Shown: positions 37,575-51,327, counted from the whole stretch's first letter. The stretch: 62,151 bases of DNA, filler included, from Sphacelaria rigidula (GCA_964200075.2; 8 parts of 8 records of this genome joined end to end with filler, not necessarily neighbours in it); one strand, 5' to 3'. Notes: generated from the sequence alone by a model not told the origin. A program made the numbers and translations.

Positions 37575-38810
37575 AAAACTTGCACGTCTTCTCATGATGG
37601 GCATCAGCAACATAACTGCGTGGTACGGTGGGCAACCGAGTTGCGTGCACGCTCACGGATAGTGCAGTGTGTACAAAGCTGCACGTTGCTGAAGTCCTCT
37701 TCACGTCGCATTGTAAGCAGGGAGAACTGATAGTCCTGGGCTCTCTGCACTGCATGTTGCCCGCTTCTCCTTCATTACCTTCTGAACGAAACACGCACAC
37801 ACGCACTCAAGACACCCTTCTTGCAAGCAGTGTAGACAGTACAGACTGTGTGTATTGTACACGAGTGACCATGTGCCGCGTCACGAATTTCAGGAATAGG
37901 ACCCATACATAGGGATAATTTAACTGACAATTATTTGCGCGAAGGGCGATCATGTCCGAGCGTTCAACATCGGCACCCTGCAAACAGTGAGGGCCCGTTT
38001 AAAATCAGCCGAAGGACTAAAACATGGGACGTGTCTTGTCTCACTGTACTGCAGCACAAACACACTCACTTCCGCTCTCATGTGCTGTAGCTATCACTGT
38101 TCTGGGGTGTGTTTAGAGCTTGCGGAGACGGTTTGGTCTCCGCTGAGATTGAGCATACAAACAACAGTCTTTGTTTGGCAGCAAATCGAGCCGTAGCTAC
38201 TCATCAGCTGTGCACGTTGTGCGTGACCTTGCTCACGTCTGTTTGGATTTCATTGAGAAGTGATGATTTGTGTGAGACGCGCGCGCAACACACGCTTACA
38301 AAACGGTCAGCAGCGACACGTTTTCAGTTGTTCTTGAAACGCCTGCAGCCGCTAGGTGGGTGTCTGTGCGTGTTTTTTCGAGGCTGGGTGTGTAGGCGTT
38401 GTATTGCCTTGTCGCGTCTTGTCTGCAGCATTACACAGACCTTGGACCTGCTTGGACTATCGACCACTTCCAAACCCGCCGCATTTCTCAACCTGCGTGC
38501 AGATCTGGGTTCGAATCTGTACAAAACTGCTTGTCGATAGTCGATAGGACTGGGGGCCGGTTGTTGTGGGGCCAATCCCCTTTTAATCCTTAGACAGCGA
38601 CCCCCCCCGCTGGTAGACTGAGGTAGACACTACACTTTTTGGGTTCAGAATCATTCCTTTGTCACAACTCAAAACGCCTACTCTACCGCGGAAGGGACCG
38701 GGAGTGCATAAGAGGTACATAGTTGCGTCATGACACAGACGGTGGTGCGGTTGTCGACCACCTGATTATTACGCCTCATATTTTTGCTGTGCAGTCTGTA
38801 GTGTATCGTG

Positions 38811-38910
38811 NNNNNNNNNNNNNNNNNNNNNNNNNNNNNNNNNNNNNNNNNNNNTTAATTAATTAANNNNNNNNNNNNNNNNNNNNNNNNNNNNNNNNNN
38901 NNNNNNNNNN
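38811..38910. other. Artificial contig spacer
   Basis: N44-TTAATTAATTAA-N44. Confidence 0.98.
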
Positions 38911-39084
38911 TTATTGGGTTGGGTCGAATTTTTGGGTGTGGAGTGTTTGTGTTCCGGAGAGATTGCCCGGCGGATGCTGGTGGGGGGGGGGGGGCAAGTG
39001 ATGTTGTGTGAATTCGGGGGAGAGATGAGGAGGGCGTTCACAGGTGGACATTTTTCTCTCGTCTCAAGGCTGCACATCGTGGGG

Positions 39085-39215
39085 AGGATGTGTAGAGGGT
39101 CGGCAGAGGGGTTTCTGGACCTTGTAGAGGGTGTATAGGGGGTCGCCGCAGGGGGTTCTGAACCTTCAGAGGGTGTGTAGAGGGTCATCGGAGGGCTTTC
39201 TTGACCTTCAGAGAC
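39085..39215. repeat. ~43-bp degenerate tandem repeat x3
   Basis: gtgtagagggtc...ggg.ttct..acctt..aga units. Confidence 0.7.
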
Positions 39216-39578
39216 TCGCCACGGGGTCTTCACCTGCGGACGGGTTTCCGACGGTGTAGCAAAGTATCCACCTGTGCTTGCCCTGAGAGCAGTTCCCCTT
39301 CTTCGATTACTCATCTCACCGCTTGCCTGTACATCATGCAGTTCAATGTCCTCGGTGTACGACATACACACTCGTAATGTTAATATGTGTTGCACGGTCT
39401 AGGCGTCAATGTATTCAACGCCGAGTCGCCTCGATTGCTGTAAAAGCATTTGCTTTGTATGCTCCTGCGGTATATTCTGTAACGAAAGTGTTTTTTTTTT
39501 CTAGGCGATGTCAAGTGCAAGCAAAAGCCCCGTGTACGAAACGTATATGGCAATGAATAATAGGGAGCGGTTCCCAGA

Positions 39579-39653
39579 GGGGGGGCGTACTCATTTGTTG
39601 CTTGCCTTAGTCGTTTGACCATTGACCACGCATCCCTTTCGAGACGGAGCACC
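39579..39653 (+). repeat. Dispersed repeat family B copy
   Basis: See 10617-10690. Confidence 0.85.
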
Positions 39654-41471
39654 GTTCCTACTCCTAATAGAGTCACCTTCGGTTCGCAGAGGGGGGAGTG
39701 GTTGTGTACTGACTTCGGCCAGCTATGTCGTCTCTGACCGGTGGTGTGTGGGCTTTATTCCTGTGTGTACTAGTTACACTAAGGGATGTCCCTGCCCACT
39801 TATTACGCCCTCGTTGGTCGTACGTGTACATCTTGTTCGTCAAATTTGTACATGTGCGTACTACCGTCGCAGAAGGCGAACGCTAATGAATATATATGTA
39901 TATATGTAGTTTCATTGTCAGTGGGTCGGAGTTCTGGCGTCATCATTTCGTGACGGTGCGTGTGAGTCATTCGCAGAGTGATCGTCACGTTGAATCTACG
40001 GAATGAGCAACAACAGCGCGCCTTCACGGCAGTGAAGTTCCACAGTGGCTTACAGTATACAAATATGGGTATGATATGTAACCACAACTTGAAGGGCACG
40101 CCAACAGGACGGAATGTTTTTTTCATGTACAGTAGCACGCGGGTGGTAAAATCACGCAGAGGAGGAAAAATATTATCAATACTAGGCGTATTTGGTGGCG
40201 TGTATGTTTGATTTTGTTTATTTGATTAGTTTCAGCGACTGGATTCCTTTTGTTCGCAAAAATATATTTGAGGCACGGTTCGTCATGTAATGGATTTGTG
40301 AGACTATTGGATTGCGGCAAGTTCAGGACCAGTAGAGAATAAACGATCGCGTATTCGTTGCACCCCTTTCGAAGATACTCCGGGCAGTGTGTCGGTTCAC
40401 GTCCATTGCCGCGACGCTTATGTCGAGATCTCACACTGCTGTGCCTACAACACAACCCTTTGTGTGACGTTCATGGTTGAGTTACTCGCGGGGCTGCATG
40501 AGTGGTTTTGAACGATCGCCGGTGGATTGCTCTTGAGATCAGTGATTCTTGACGTGGACGGGGAGGATGTTAAACACCAAATAAAGTAGTACCAGGCAAT
40601 ATATCATCAGAAGCTATCATTTCTTCGAATCTACTTATCGACGTTGCCTCTGTATGTACGAAGTACGTGAGGGGCTTGACCCTCTTGGAACTCGCGAAAA
40701 CAATGCAAACTCCATATGCGAGCTTTTGTCACCGGAAAATATCACTTAGTTCGGTGCAGGAATGTGTCACATAAGTATTTTACTGGAACCTAGAGGGGTC
40801 CACCGTTTTGGTGTGCTGCATCAACAGTTACAGAAAAGCAAATATATCTTACCCAAGAATTGTCAGTTGTAAATCACCATTTTTCCGTCAACGATTCCAA
40901 AAGGGTTGAGCATTCTCTGGATCATGACAGCTCCTTAGTCGGCACATACGGGGAATGACAATTATATATAATGACGCTGTGCGATGAAATGAGGTTCAAG
41001 CCCGAAACAGTGCTTTCCCCACACTTTCAGCGATGGTGCCCAATGAATTTTTCCTTGGCCTAATGCCCCATGGGCGCGTGCCTCTGAACAGATTCTTGAT
41101 GCAACCAACAAATCAGGTATACCTTTTATAACAGAACTGTATCTCATTACTTGTCATTCACCCATAGGTCATTGTCCAATCACAATATCTATTTCCCTCG
41201 CATCCAGACCTGCTTACATGTATCATTGAGTGTGAGTATATTCGATCAGCCCTCCTACTCACGGCTCAACTCTACTCCATTCTTAGTCCTTCCAGTACGT
41301 AAACAAGAATTCAAATTCAAACACTAAAATAATCGCAAACCCAAAATGTCAAAAAAAATCTCAGGTATATTCAACTAAATTAGGAAAAATCATGACCAAA
41401 TGCAAAGTAGAAAAACCAGTCCAGTTTCCGATATTTGCTGTGGCAACTTTGTGGCACCCCAGGTCCATTAA

Positions 41472-41635
41472 CAAAAACCATTGAAAAAATATTTCGTCTG
41501 CAACAAAAAAATCAAATTCGGTTGCACCCGTCAAAGACCGAAATCCAACACCAAAAACCATTGAAAATGATTTAGTCTTCAACAAAAAAATCAATTCCGG
41601 TTGTACCCGTCGAAGACCGAAATCCAACGCCAAAA
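41472..41635. repeat. ~80-bp tandem duplication
   Basis: aaaaaccattgaaaa...caacaaaaaaatcaa.tcggttg.acccgtc.aagaccgaaatccaac occurs twice. Confidence 0.85.
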
Positions 41636-41759
41636 TGCAACCATGGCCTCGTATCCCTACTTTTCCGGGATGGATAAATGTCCCCGAAAACTAATCAAAC
41701 CAGCTCAATCCAAACCAAAGTACCAGTGTCTGCAGACTCTACATTATGTTCATGACAAT

Positions 41760-43055
41760 ATTACGGTGAAACTCAAAAGACTGTCGGCAACACTTTAGTG
41801 AGGAAATCTGCATGTTGATACTCTGATCTCACGTGAATAACCGAAATCTCTTTCCTCCCAACCAACTCCCTGATAAAATGATGCCGTACGTCGATGTACT
41901 TGGAGTTGGAGTTTGTGATTGGGTTCTTTGCCAACTGAATAGCTCCCTGATTATCCTCGAACACTGGGATGCATGGCATTCCCATCTGCGGCAACATGAA
42001 ACGCTAAACCTGTATCAAAAACAATACTTCCTTCAGATAATGTCTGTCATGGCAACGTACTCTGCTTCCGTTGTAGACAGCGTCACACTTTTTTGAGTCC
42101 TCGAAAACTAAGACACACATCCACCCCCACACATTACCAGCCCTCATGATACCGACCGCCTATCAGCTGCCTTACTTGCGTAGTCTACGTCTGCAAAAAT
42201 ATGAAAGCTCAACCCCTGGATACTTCCCCTGCGAAAAGAAATCCCCAGCGAAGTTGTTCGCCTAACATATCCCAAAATACCAAGCGCAGCACGCCAATGA
42301 AGGTATTTTGGTGAGGCACAGTACCTCGCTACTGCACGTACTGCGGTAGATATGTCTGGCCTCGTTCGAGTTGCCAGCCACATCAGTGATCCTATCAATT
42401 CCCGAAACGGGAATTCCGTTGCCTGTTTTTTTACACTGAACTCCTCAAGCTCCGCACCAACAGCGATGGGGATACTCTTTCCCCACTCTACTCCGTATTC
42501 CTTCGCCAACTCTTCTGCGTATGTTTGTTGTGAAATTTTCAGAGTCCCCCTTGCAATATCTCTCTCATAATACAGCCCAGAATACCAACGCAAATCCCCG
42601 AGGTTTTTGTCTGGAACCATCGTGTTGAGATCTTTACCAAACTCGTCGCATCTGTCCTTTTCTCCCACTGCGAATATATCATCCACATGCACTACCGTGG
42701 TGATAATCACCCTGCCATCCACAATCACGCGAAATACACATGAATCCGCCAAGCACTGATCAAATCCCTAGACGAGTAAACATTCCGCCAAATGATTATG
42801 CCACTGCCTACTTGCCTGTTTCAATCCGTACAAACCTTTGTTGAGTCTTACTATTTTACCAGATAAGCTACAACAACCAAGTGGCAACCGCATGAAAACA
42901 TCCTCGTCCAACTCAGACTGTACAAAAGCTTGTTCGATATCAAAATAACTCAACGCAAGATTTTGCTCACAAGCCAGAGTCGCCAACAAACGTACGCTAG
43001 GAACTGCTACAGTGGGGGCACACAACTCTCCAAAATCTATGTTTTCCCTCTTCAT
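41760..43055 (-). pseudogene. Ty1/Copia reverse transcriptase and RNase H fragment, 5'-truncated
   Basis: APTV...FDIEQAF, LYGLKQASRQW, HVDD, TRPDI, DRRSVS, EDNQGAI.LAKNP, IDVRHHFIRE, ADFLTK; internal stops. Confidence 0.96.
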
Positions 43056-43778
43056 ATAACAGCAAATTGTGCGAGTTGAGGTTTAACTCTGAGATGATGC
43101 TCAAGTGGGCCACCCGACTTGCGAACTGTTTGAAGTAGAAGTACCGAGGACAAGCTCTTATTCGGAAGACGTAACCTGTGGAGGTGAACCCGTAACGCAT
43201 CATATCCAGTACGTCGAAAAATCGAGAGAAGTAAGTCGGGTGAGCACCTCTTTCACTCTACACCACAGGGGAACAGGTGGAAGCGCACGGATCCCATGTC
43301 TTGTGCGAGGAACAGCACCCCGATTATGCCCGACAGGGTGGAGGGGGGAAGGGGGGGTGCTCGTCAGGCACGACTAAGACGGGCACCGTTCGTGTCTTGG
43401 TATCGATCAGCTGCGGGTTTGTGCTTCCCCCCTCAATCAAAAAGTCGGTTTCAATGCAACATGGATAGCACATTGCCAACAAGATTCCGTCACAGAAACG
43501 ACTCGGATACTCCCCTTCGAACATTTCCCTCTGGCGAGAAGAATGATGCATTGTCTTTCACCGAATTCGAGAACGCCAGCAGGTGTTCCACGTACGGTGC
43601 TTCCGTTGGTTGCGATCGACAAGCGTTGACGCCGTCTTTCCTCATCAACGGGTACCCCCGCAACAAAACCACACACAACGCGACAGGACGATGAACCACC
43701 CCCTCCCCCGCAAACTCCCTACCCCGACTCAACCCCCACCAAAACAGACCCTCGTTTTCAGAACCGAAGCCGCAAACA

Positions 43779-46591
43779 TCACATCCGTCTCTCTCCCGCG
43801 CCGTCATCGGCTGCGATGCCGTCGTCATCGGCAGCGTCTTCATATTCATCTGCATCGTCTTCCTTATCATCATCGCAGGGACTAGAGGCTGGGGTTAACC
43901 CAAGCCACCTTTTCTGAAATCCAGCGCCCCCTACAATACGATCCCCGGCACCAATGACTAAAGGCTTCTTCGCTGCTTATCTACTGCTCCGCACGCGAGG
44001 TGTTGGTACACAAGCAATGAGAGCGTGCTTATCTGCGCCTTCGCTGCCTACAGCGGCAGCAACGTAAGCGTCTCTACTACCTACATGGAGGATCTGCCAC
44101 GTTATGTCGATGGCCTTGCTTCCCAAGTGAGGTATAAAAAAGGAGCTTGTCTCCGCTACCTCTAGGTATATCACCGCATTTGCTTTACACGTCTCCTTGC
44201 CAGGCTCCAACATTTTCCTCCGTTGTTTGTTGGTAGCTACCAAAATAAGGTTGATAGATTGCTCCTCTACAACATGGTCGATAGAATGAAGGGCGTCCTC
44301 CGGAGTGTCGTATTGTTTATTCTTCCCCCAGGCGGGAATGTCCGGATAGGCGACGTCTTGGGCTTGTTTCGCGATGACGCACAGCCTGTTGACCTGATCT
44401 AGAGTCGAAACCTGTGACCAAATTTGATTGAACGCGCGGTGGAGGTGAATGCGCGAGACGCGGTTCTCAGTCACGTCGCGAAGAGAGGAAGCAATAATGT
44501 GTAATAGACTTGTAAGCATTCACTGTAGACGTGTGAAAACGATGGCACGAGATCCCGCGACAAACGCCACCCCTCAGATTCTCAGCGATAAACACTCTGC
44601 ATGATCCCAAACGAAGGATTCGAAGCGCGATAGGCATTCTGTTTGGCATGCCACGCCCGTTTCCTTCGAAATCTCCGCGTCGCGACTAGAATGGCAGGAG
44701 GTGACAAGACGACACCCGAGTGATGGCCTTCTCACTCGCCTGTCCCATAATTTAGGGTACTGAGGGGTATTAATACGTTGTCTGGGTATAATGGTCGTTG
44801 TGACGGCTTTACAGATGGGTTCGTTACGAAGTTAGACGGCAGACTCAGCCGACGCAAAGATATAATATCGAGTTCTTTACTAAAAATGGGCCGAAATATA
44901 CCCGAGCATCGCACTTATTCTACTATTTCGAAGCACTCGTCGAAGGTTTTGGCCGTTGTCGAGCCGAACAGCGCTGGTTTTACCAGCAAGGTTCGTCAGT
45001 GAAGAAGGCGGTGGGGTCAGCACACGGTAATACGTAAAACTAGTGGCTGATTCGCGATGGTGATCATTGTTCGTTGCTTTTCTATAATGTTGTTTCTCTT
45101 GGAGCTTAGAAAGGGGGGTGTGCGGCCATTTTCGGGCCTGATTTTTTGTTTTCATTCGTACGAAGCAAGCACCAAATGTAGACTAAATATACTTTTGACC
45201 GAACATTGACCAAAAATATGAGACAAAGATCGAGCCAAAATCTGGGCAAGGTGAACGGCCCGTACAATTTAGGGTATCCTCTTATATGGTACAGGGAAAG
45301 TATATTTGACTCGCAAATGCGTCAAGAAATAGGCGAAAAGACTAAAACTGGTGCGTAGGTGCCCACTAGCCTGATCACCACCTTGTACTCACTGTGCGAC
45401 CCTCAAACGGCCAAGAAGCAAGTAAACAAGACTCGATATGAACACCGTTCGTCTCGCCCGAAGCACTCTCACCACTGCGTATCCGAAGGGCTGCACAGCG
45501 GTCTTCACGACCTCATCAGCAGAAGTACCGGCGGCAGGAGTCAGCAATGCCGGCGGGGTCGTGTCGGCCGGTAGCTTCGACGGGAGCAACCCTTGGCCCA
45601 CATACACTGCGCCGCTGATATCGTGCTGTGGAGAAATAGAGGGTGAAAACGAGCCCAGCGGCACTTGGAAAGATTGGTGACAGTTTGTGACACCTCTCAC
45701 AAATGAAAACCTGTTACACCTGCATGAAGACCCGCCACCACGGCAATCAGGAAACACGACTTTTATGTTCGCATGTATACCGCCTAGCCGTGGCGTCTGT
45801 ACCTTGAAGAGCCCAGAGGAGAATGCCTCCTGGAACGTCTTCACCATGCGATCCACCACGACGGAGAGACTGGCATCTGAGAGAAAGAGCTCGATACGGC
45901 GCCCGCCTTGGAGGGCGATCTCCAGCAGCTGCGTACTCTCGACCCCAACACCAAGGACAGCATCGCCCTTGTTGGCGAACCTTCATGGGTATGAAGAGGC
46001 AACGACTCCCTCTTTGTGTCGTCTGCAAACGGCGGTGAGGGCAAGATCTCTGGTATATCAAGTATGAACTACGGTACAAAATAAGGGACGGCTGACAGTA
46101 AATCTCTGCGTTGTATCTGAAGTGCAGCTGTATACAGGCGGTTGTGTTTTACACTCCTCAACCAGTACTACCGGGAAAGATACAGTTGACTTCCGCGCCT
46201 GAGCATCGAGGCCGGTCACCGATCAGCTCGCGACAGCAAATATATGTCTCAACTTTCTTGGAATAAAATCAACTACCGACGGGGAGTATCGCACCAGGTG
46301 CAAGGGCCGTGGAAGTCTTTCCTTCCTTGTAGACCGCCTCGAAGTCCTTCATGAAATCGCCTTTCTGTTCTTCAGCCGGCAGGCTTTTTTTCGTCTCAAA
46401 TATCGTCTTGTCCACGGACGATACATAGTCCCCCACGAACAGCTGGAAATCCTCCACGGTTAAGACAAATCATCACGACTCAAAGTCACCAAATTCACGA
46501 TTTCTTCGGCCTGATTGCCTCAAAGGGAGAAAAAAGTTGCTCGCTGGTCCACGGGGTATCTACGCAACGTTTGCGCCATTCCACGTGTCTG
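43779..46591 (-). pseudogene. Decaying multi-exon ORF of unknown family with an acidic C-terminus
   Basis: Clean exon 45473-45625 (ctccacAG...GTgaga), exon ending 45803 (aag|GTac), exon ending 46277; last frame 44411-43779 broken only by TAA at 43977-43979 and ending DDDKEDDADEYEDAADDD. Confidence 0.55.
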
Positions 46592-46691
46592 NNNNNNNNN
46601 NNNNNNNNNNNNNNNNNNNNNNNNNNNNNNNNNNNTTAATTAATTAANNNNNNNNNNNNNNNNNNNNNNNNNNNNNNNNNNNNNNNNNNNN
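46592..46691. other. Artificial contig spacer
   Basis: N44-TTAATTAATTAA-N44. Confidence 0.98.
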
Positions 46692-46729
46692 TCCATCCTC
46701 AACATAGATGATCCGCTGTTTGCAGTAGA

Positions 46730-48990
46730 TGTCATTATTGTCGTCCGTAATGGCCATCGATCGGCAAGTCTGTCCTTCTATTGTCGTTGGCAATGTCTAT
46801 CGATTGACCAGTTTCCCACACTCTTGTCTGGGAAGCAGTCTACTGTGGCCCTACACCGAAATTATTGCGACCGACGAAACACATTGATCGACAGCTTTAC
46901 AAATCTATTGATGACGATAATGGCTATCGATAGGCCGCGTGCCAAATCTATTGATCACGACGATGGCTATTGACAGATTGTATACCAAATATATTGATGG
47001 CGGCAATACGTGTTGATAGATTGCGTATAAATCTATGCATGGCGGCAATGAATATCGATAGATACATACCAGAATCTACTGTGGTATACAATGCCTACCA
47101 ATAGATATTCTCTGTCGTCTATCGCTACACCTATATAGCAACATACTACGTATGCATACAGTAGTAGAGCATATTATACTCCGTTGAGGTACGGTAGAGA
47201 GGCCGCAGGTGGACATGCAGTGGGTATATAATGATACTACTTGTAAATATATGACATCATGTTTCTACAACTCTGGAACGCTTGTATTTTGTAGGAACTC
47301 ACAATATGTGTGGACAAGAGTTTACAACGTCTATTGTTGGTGTGGTGTTGGTACGTATGGTTGTCCCTCTGATGGACATGAGCGCTTAGGCCGGATGTTA
47401 TGGCAACAGATTTTTGGCCCACCGATCGTACACTTTCGGGGCGTTTGATCCACGTTTTGACCCCCGAACCAAGAAAACCGCCAACACACGTCTCGGACAC
47501 TTTGCATCACTCCACAGAGAGGAGCCTAATCTGCTTTTCAGATTCCCTTGGCTCCGAGGTTTCGAGATGAGCCGCTGAACAAAATTCGTGTGCGAAAATC
47601 TGTGCTTGCCGACCCCCGCCAGTTTGCCCGATAATCTGTGGTGATCGCCGAAGATTTAGTTGCACACGGAGGTTTGCTCAGCGGCTGCTCTCGAAACCTC
47701 GGAGCCAAGCGAATCTGAAAAGTTGGCTGGGGTCCTGTCTGTGGGGTGATGCGAAGTGTCCAAAACGTGTGTTGGCGATTTTCCCGGTTTGGGGGTCAAA
47801 AAGGGGGGTCAAACCCAAAAGTGAATATTCCGTGGTCCAAAAATCTGGGTGCTATAACATCCGACCTTACAGTACTATTGTGTGTGGGTGAGATGTGCTT
47901 ATACCCTAAACAATAGACTATGTAATAGAACATTGGCGCTGCAATAGCCCCGAAAAATTGGCTGCCAATGTTCACTGTCAGTCATAATCGACTGGCATCA
48001 ATGTCCATCGATAACTATTGTAGGCGACGATAGATTCGGAACAAGGGACGGAATGTATCATTGCCATGACAATGGCGGGGCCAACTTGTCTATCGATATA
48101 TTTTATTTTTGCAATAGGCTCTGAATTCTGGCCACCAATGTCTATTGCTAATCACAATAGGATCTGCCACGCGGCCAGCAATACATATTGGTGGTCACAA
48201 TAGGATACCAATTGCACCCACCAATGTCTATTGAGGGTCACAATGGAATCTGAGTAGCGGCCATCAATGTCTACCGCTGGTCACAATTGTAATCTGCATC
48301 CCGGCCACTAATATCTATTGCTGACCACAAAAGTAACTGAATGGCGTCGCTCACTAGCTCTATGTATGAACATCTTTCGATGTACTATTCCACCTGATTC
48401 CATAGAAGCTATAGCCAGCTCTCGCCTCAGATCGTTGCGTGTTGATGTGTAAGGGGTATTGCCGTTGATGTTATAAGACCACTGCAGTGAGCAATCTATT
48501 TTTCAAAACCTATCGTTGGCGTGACTGGCTATCGATAGGTGCTCCCGAGGAAAATCGATGACTGACGGCAATGCCCATTAATAGATACCAAAAAATGCCT
48601 GTCGGCGGAGGCTACCGATAGACGGCTCACCAATCGATTGATGACGGTAATGGATAATTATAGATGGCTCACCTAATCTATTGATGATGACGGCAATGAC
48701 TATCGATTGATGGCTCACCTAATCTATTGATAACGGGAGTGACTAGCGATGGATGGCTCGCCAAAGCTGTTGATTGCGGCAATGGCTATCGATACATACA
48801 TCCCCGAATCTATTACGGTACACGATGTCCATCGATGGCGAGTGATCTTAATCTATGGTAATTGCCATAGGCTATCGATCGAGTGTTGCAACATCTATTG
48901 TCCCTTGCAATACATATCAGTAGATATGTTTCACCATCTATTGTGTTCGATAATATACATCGGTAGATTTCCCCCCGTGTATTGCTGAAG
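46730..48990. repeat. Degenerate ~43-bp satellite in three blocks
   Basis: aatctattgatgacggcaatggctatcgataga-type units at ~46860-47110 and ~48500-48900; ccaatgtctattgctggtcacaat variant x5 at 48130-48345. Confidence 0.8.
47389..47866. mobile_element. PIF/Harbinger-type foldback MITE located between satellite blocks
   Basis: TIR ggccggatgttat.gca.cagattttt / aaaaatctg..tgc.ataacatccgacc, imperfect arms ~220 bp; TTA TSD on both sides. Confidence 0.9.
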
Positions 48991-49077
48991 CAATGAACTA
49001 TTGTGGTGTCCATTGTCCAGAGTGTGGAAGTTGATGCCGATTCAGCAGGTTACCTACCCTCGCGGTCAAAGGGCTAA

Positions 49078-49239
49078 CTCTTTTGGGACCGGATTCCCAG
49101 AAACGTGTAGAGTTTGCACTCAGGGGCCTTTTTGTGAATCGGCACCATTTTCACTCGTTTTCAAGAAAAAATAATGCTGATTCACAAAGAGGCCCCTGAG
49201 TGCAAACCGCATGATTCTGAGAACCCGGTCCCCAAAGAG
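49078..49239. mobile_element. piggyBac-like palindromic MITE
   Basis: ctcttttgggaccgg.ttc.cagaa...tttgcactcaggggcct / aggcccctgagtgcaaa...ccggtccccaaagag; flanks ctaa / ttaa. Confidence 0.8.
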
Positions 49240-49261
49240 TTAATGATGGGTAATAATCTAA

Positions 49262-50475
49262 CCCTGTGACCGCCACCATATATGTACATGTATCATTTCG
49301 CATTTTTCACCACGTTTGCCGAGTTCTCTCTGGCGGCAGGACATCTTATCACCCGCTTACTTTTACAGTGCACGAAGAAGGCGCAGCGGTACATTACCCT
49401 TCAGGTTTGGGTGTCATCTGATACCTGTGACGCGTGTTCTGGCCATCGAAAGTCGCCCACACTGGCTCTTTTTCGCCGGGTGTCGATCCTGAACCATAAA
49501 AGCCTCTTCAAAATGATGGAAACTTCAAACAGGGACCAAACAACAAAAGCTGTTCATGGTGGGGTATTTCTTTGCGTTCTCGTTGATTCGGGAGCACGAA
49601 GACAGCGGTTATGCAGCGAATGTCACGAGAACATGAGAGCAAAGCACTTGGAAACAATTGAACATTGCATTTGTCTTAGTCAGCAGCAAAAACAAGACGG
49701 CGCAATGAGCCGTTGGCGAGTTGCACAAGACACACACGTGGGCAAATGTCCTCACTGTTGGTCAGCCGTGGAGAATCAGTGCAGGGGGTGACGGAATCCC
49801 TGTGATCATGCAACCCGCAAGAGAGGGTTTCCCCGAAGGATGTGCTACAGATTTATTGGTCATGTTACAGTCGACTACGTTCCATGCGTCATACTTTGTC
49901 ATGCTTGGTACCTGATGGGTGATACTACATTGTGTTATTGGATTGACTTGGCGGCCCCCTTGGGTCACACGTTTTGGACGATGCATCTCAACTAGCAAAG
50001 CACAAGTTAGCCTGTACGCCAATGATACAAGAGCATCTACGCCATCATGGACTGCTATCTCAGAGGATTTTCTGGTCTTGACAAACGTAAGCCTGACCTT
50101 CATGCAACACATCTTGTGCTGCAGCCTGCGCGGCTCATGGCCTGACACCTGACCACTGGTGCGGTGGCTGACTTTACACTCGATAATGTCGAACTCAATG
50201 GCTTCGATACTAAAGATTGTGTTTGGGCCTGCTAGCCCCGGTGCCCACTGAACTGGCATCTTCCTACCCAGGTGGTAAGTATCGTACCATGACATGGTGT
50301 CCAACCCTTGCTTGTGTAGAGTCAACACTGGCATGCTCCGACCACAAACCTTCGGAGGGGAGGGTTTTGCTGGCGTGTGGGTCGGATCAGGTGAAATGTT
50401 ACTTCTTTTATAGAGTAAATAGTGTGCCTGTTCACAAATTGTAGTGTCCACAGCGTATCTTACCTGAAACATCAT
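49262..50475 (-). mobile_element. Probable piggyBac transposase relic (C-terminal part) with adjacent terminus
   Basis: Terminus ctaa|ccctgtgaccgc; minus-strand CVLC...KTNAMFNCFQVLC...GPC resembles the Cys-rich tail; KQGLDTMSWYDTYHLGRK..VQW resembles the GGVD..D...Y...RK..W block. Confidence 0.4.
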
Positions 50476-51020
50476 TCACCACGTAGTAGACAGTGCTTTT
50501 GAAGTTCACGACTTTGTGTCCCTGGGATGTCTGGAGAGCATATACAGTGTATGTACTATGAGAGCATGCACAGTGTACTTACTATAAGAGCATGTACAGT
50601 GTACTATGATGGTATGCTGCTTCGGCTCTTCGCACTCTTTTGTGCTGTCTACCGACCATACGCACGTTGAGCATAAATAGTTGAGCGTGGGCTATGTAGT
50701 TTGTTTTACCCCGGGGGTGCCCTGTGCTCCGTACCCGCCGCATTGCACTTCGTTACATCCAACCCACGCAGTGCGCCACCAACGGCTTTATGCACGAGCT
50801 CATCCGGGACGGTTCATCACCACGCCACTGCAGACGTCCACAGCAAAAGCGAAATAATCTAGCCAAAACAATTGATAAAAGGCATAAAGGTCGAACGAGA
50901 TCGCACGAGTCAACGAACCAGAGGGCCTACAATAACGTCTGGGCGTTTCGGGACATCAGGCTCCAAACAGCTGCGGAAGCTGTGCAGCCGCGTCGTTGTT
51001 GTCTGTTGTTGTGGTTTTCG

Positions 51021-51200
51021 CTGTTGTTGTGTGCTGCTGTTCGTCGCTGCCGTGCCGTCGCTGTGTGTTGGTGCTGCTCGCCGCACGGCTGTGCTGTTGT
51101 TGTGTGCTGCTGTTCGTCGCTGCCGTGCCGCCGCTGTGTGTTGCTGCTGCTCGCCGCACGGCTGTGCTGTTTTTCTGTGCTGCTGTTCGTCGTTGCCGCG
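51021..51200 (+). repeat. 73-bp tandem repeat x2.5 within TG/CTG-rich low-complexity DNA
   Basis: Units start at 51021, 51094, 51167. Confidence 0.9.
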
Positions 51201-51326
51201 CAGTTGCATGCTGTGTGTCGTTGATTGTTGCTGCTCTGTGTTGTTGATGCTGTTGCTGATGCTGCTGCTGATGCTGCTGTTGTCTGTTGTCTGTTGTCTG
51301 TTGTCGCTGTTACCTATTACTACTAC

Positions 51327-51327
<1 letters not shown>

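Noticed and set aside
43885..43905. Possible Copia primer site (ggttaaccccagc) for the 41760-43055 fragment
   Set aside because: It lies within the open acidic terminal frame of the 43779-46591 ORF, and no gag or LTR is nearby
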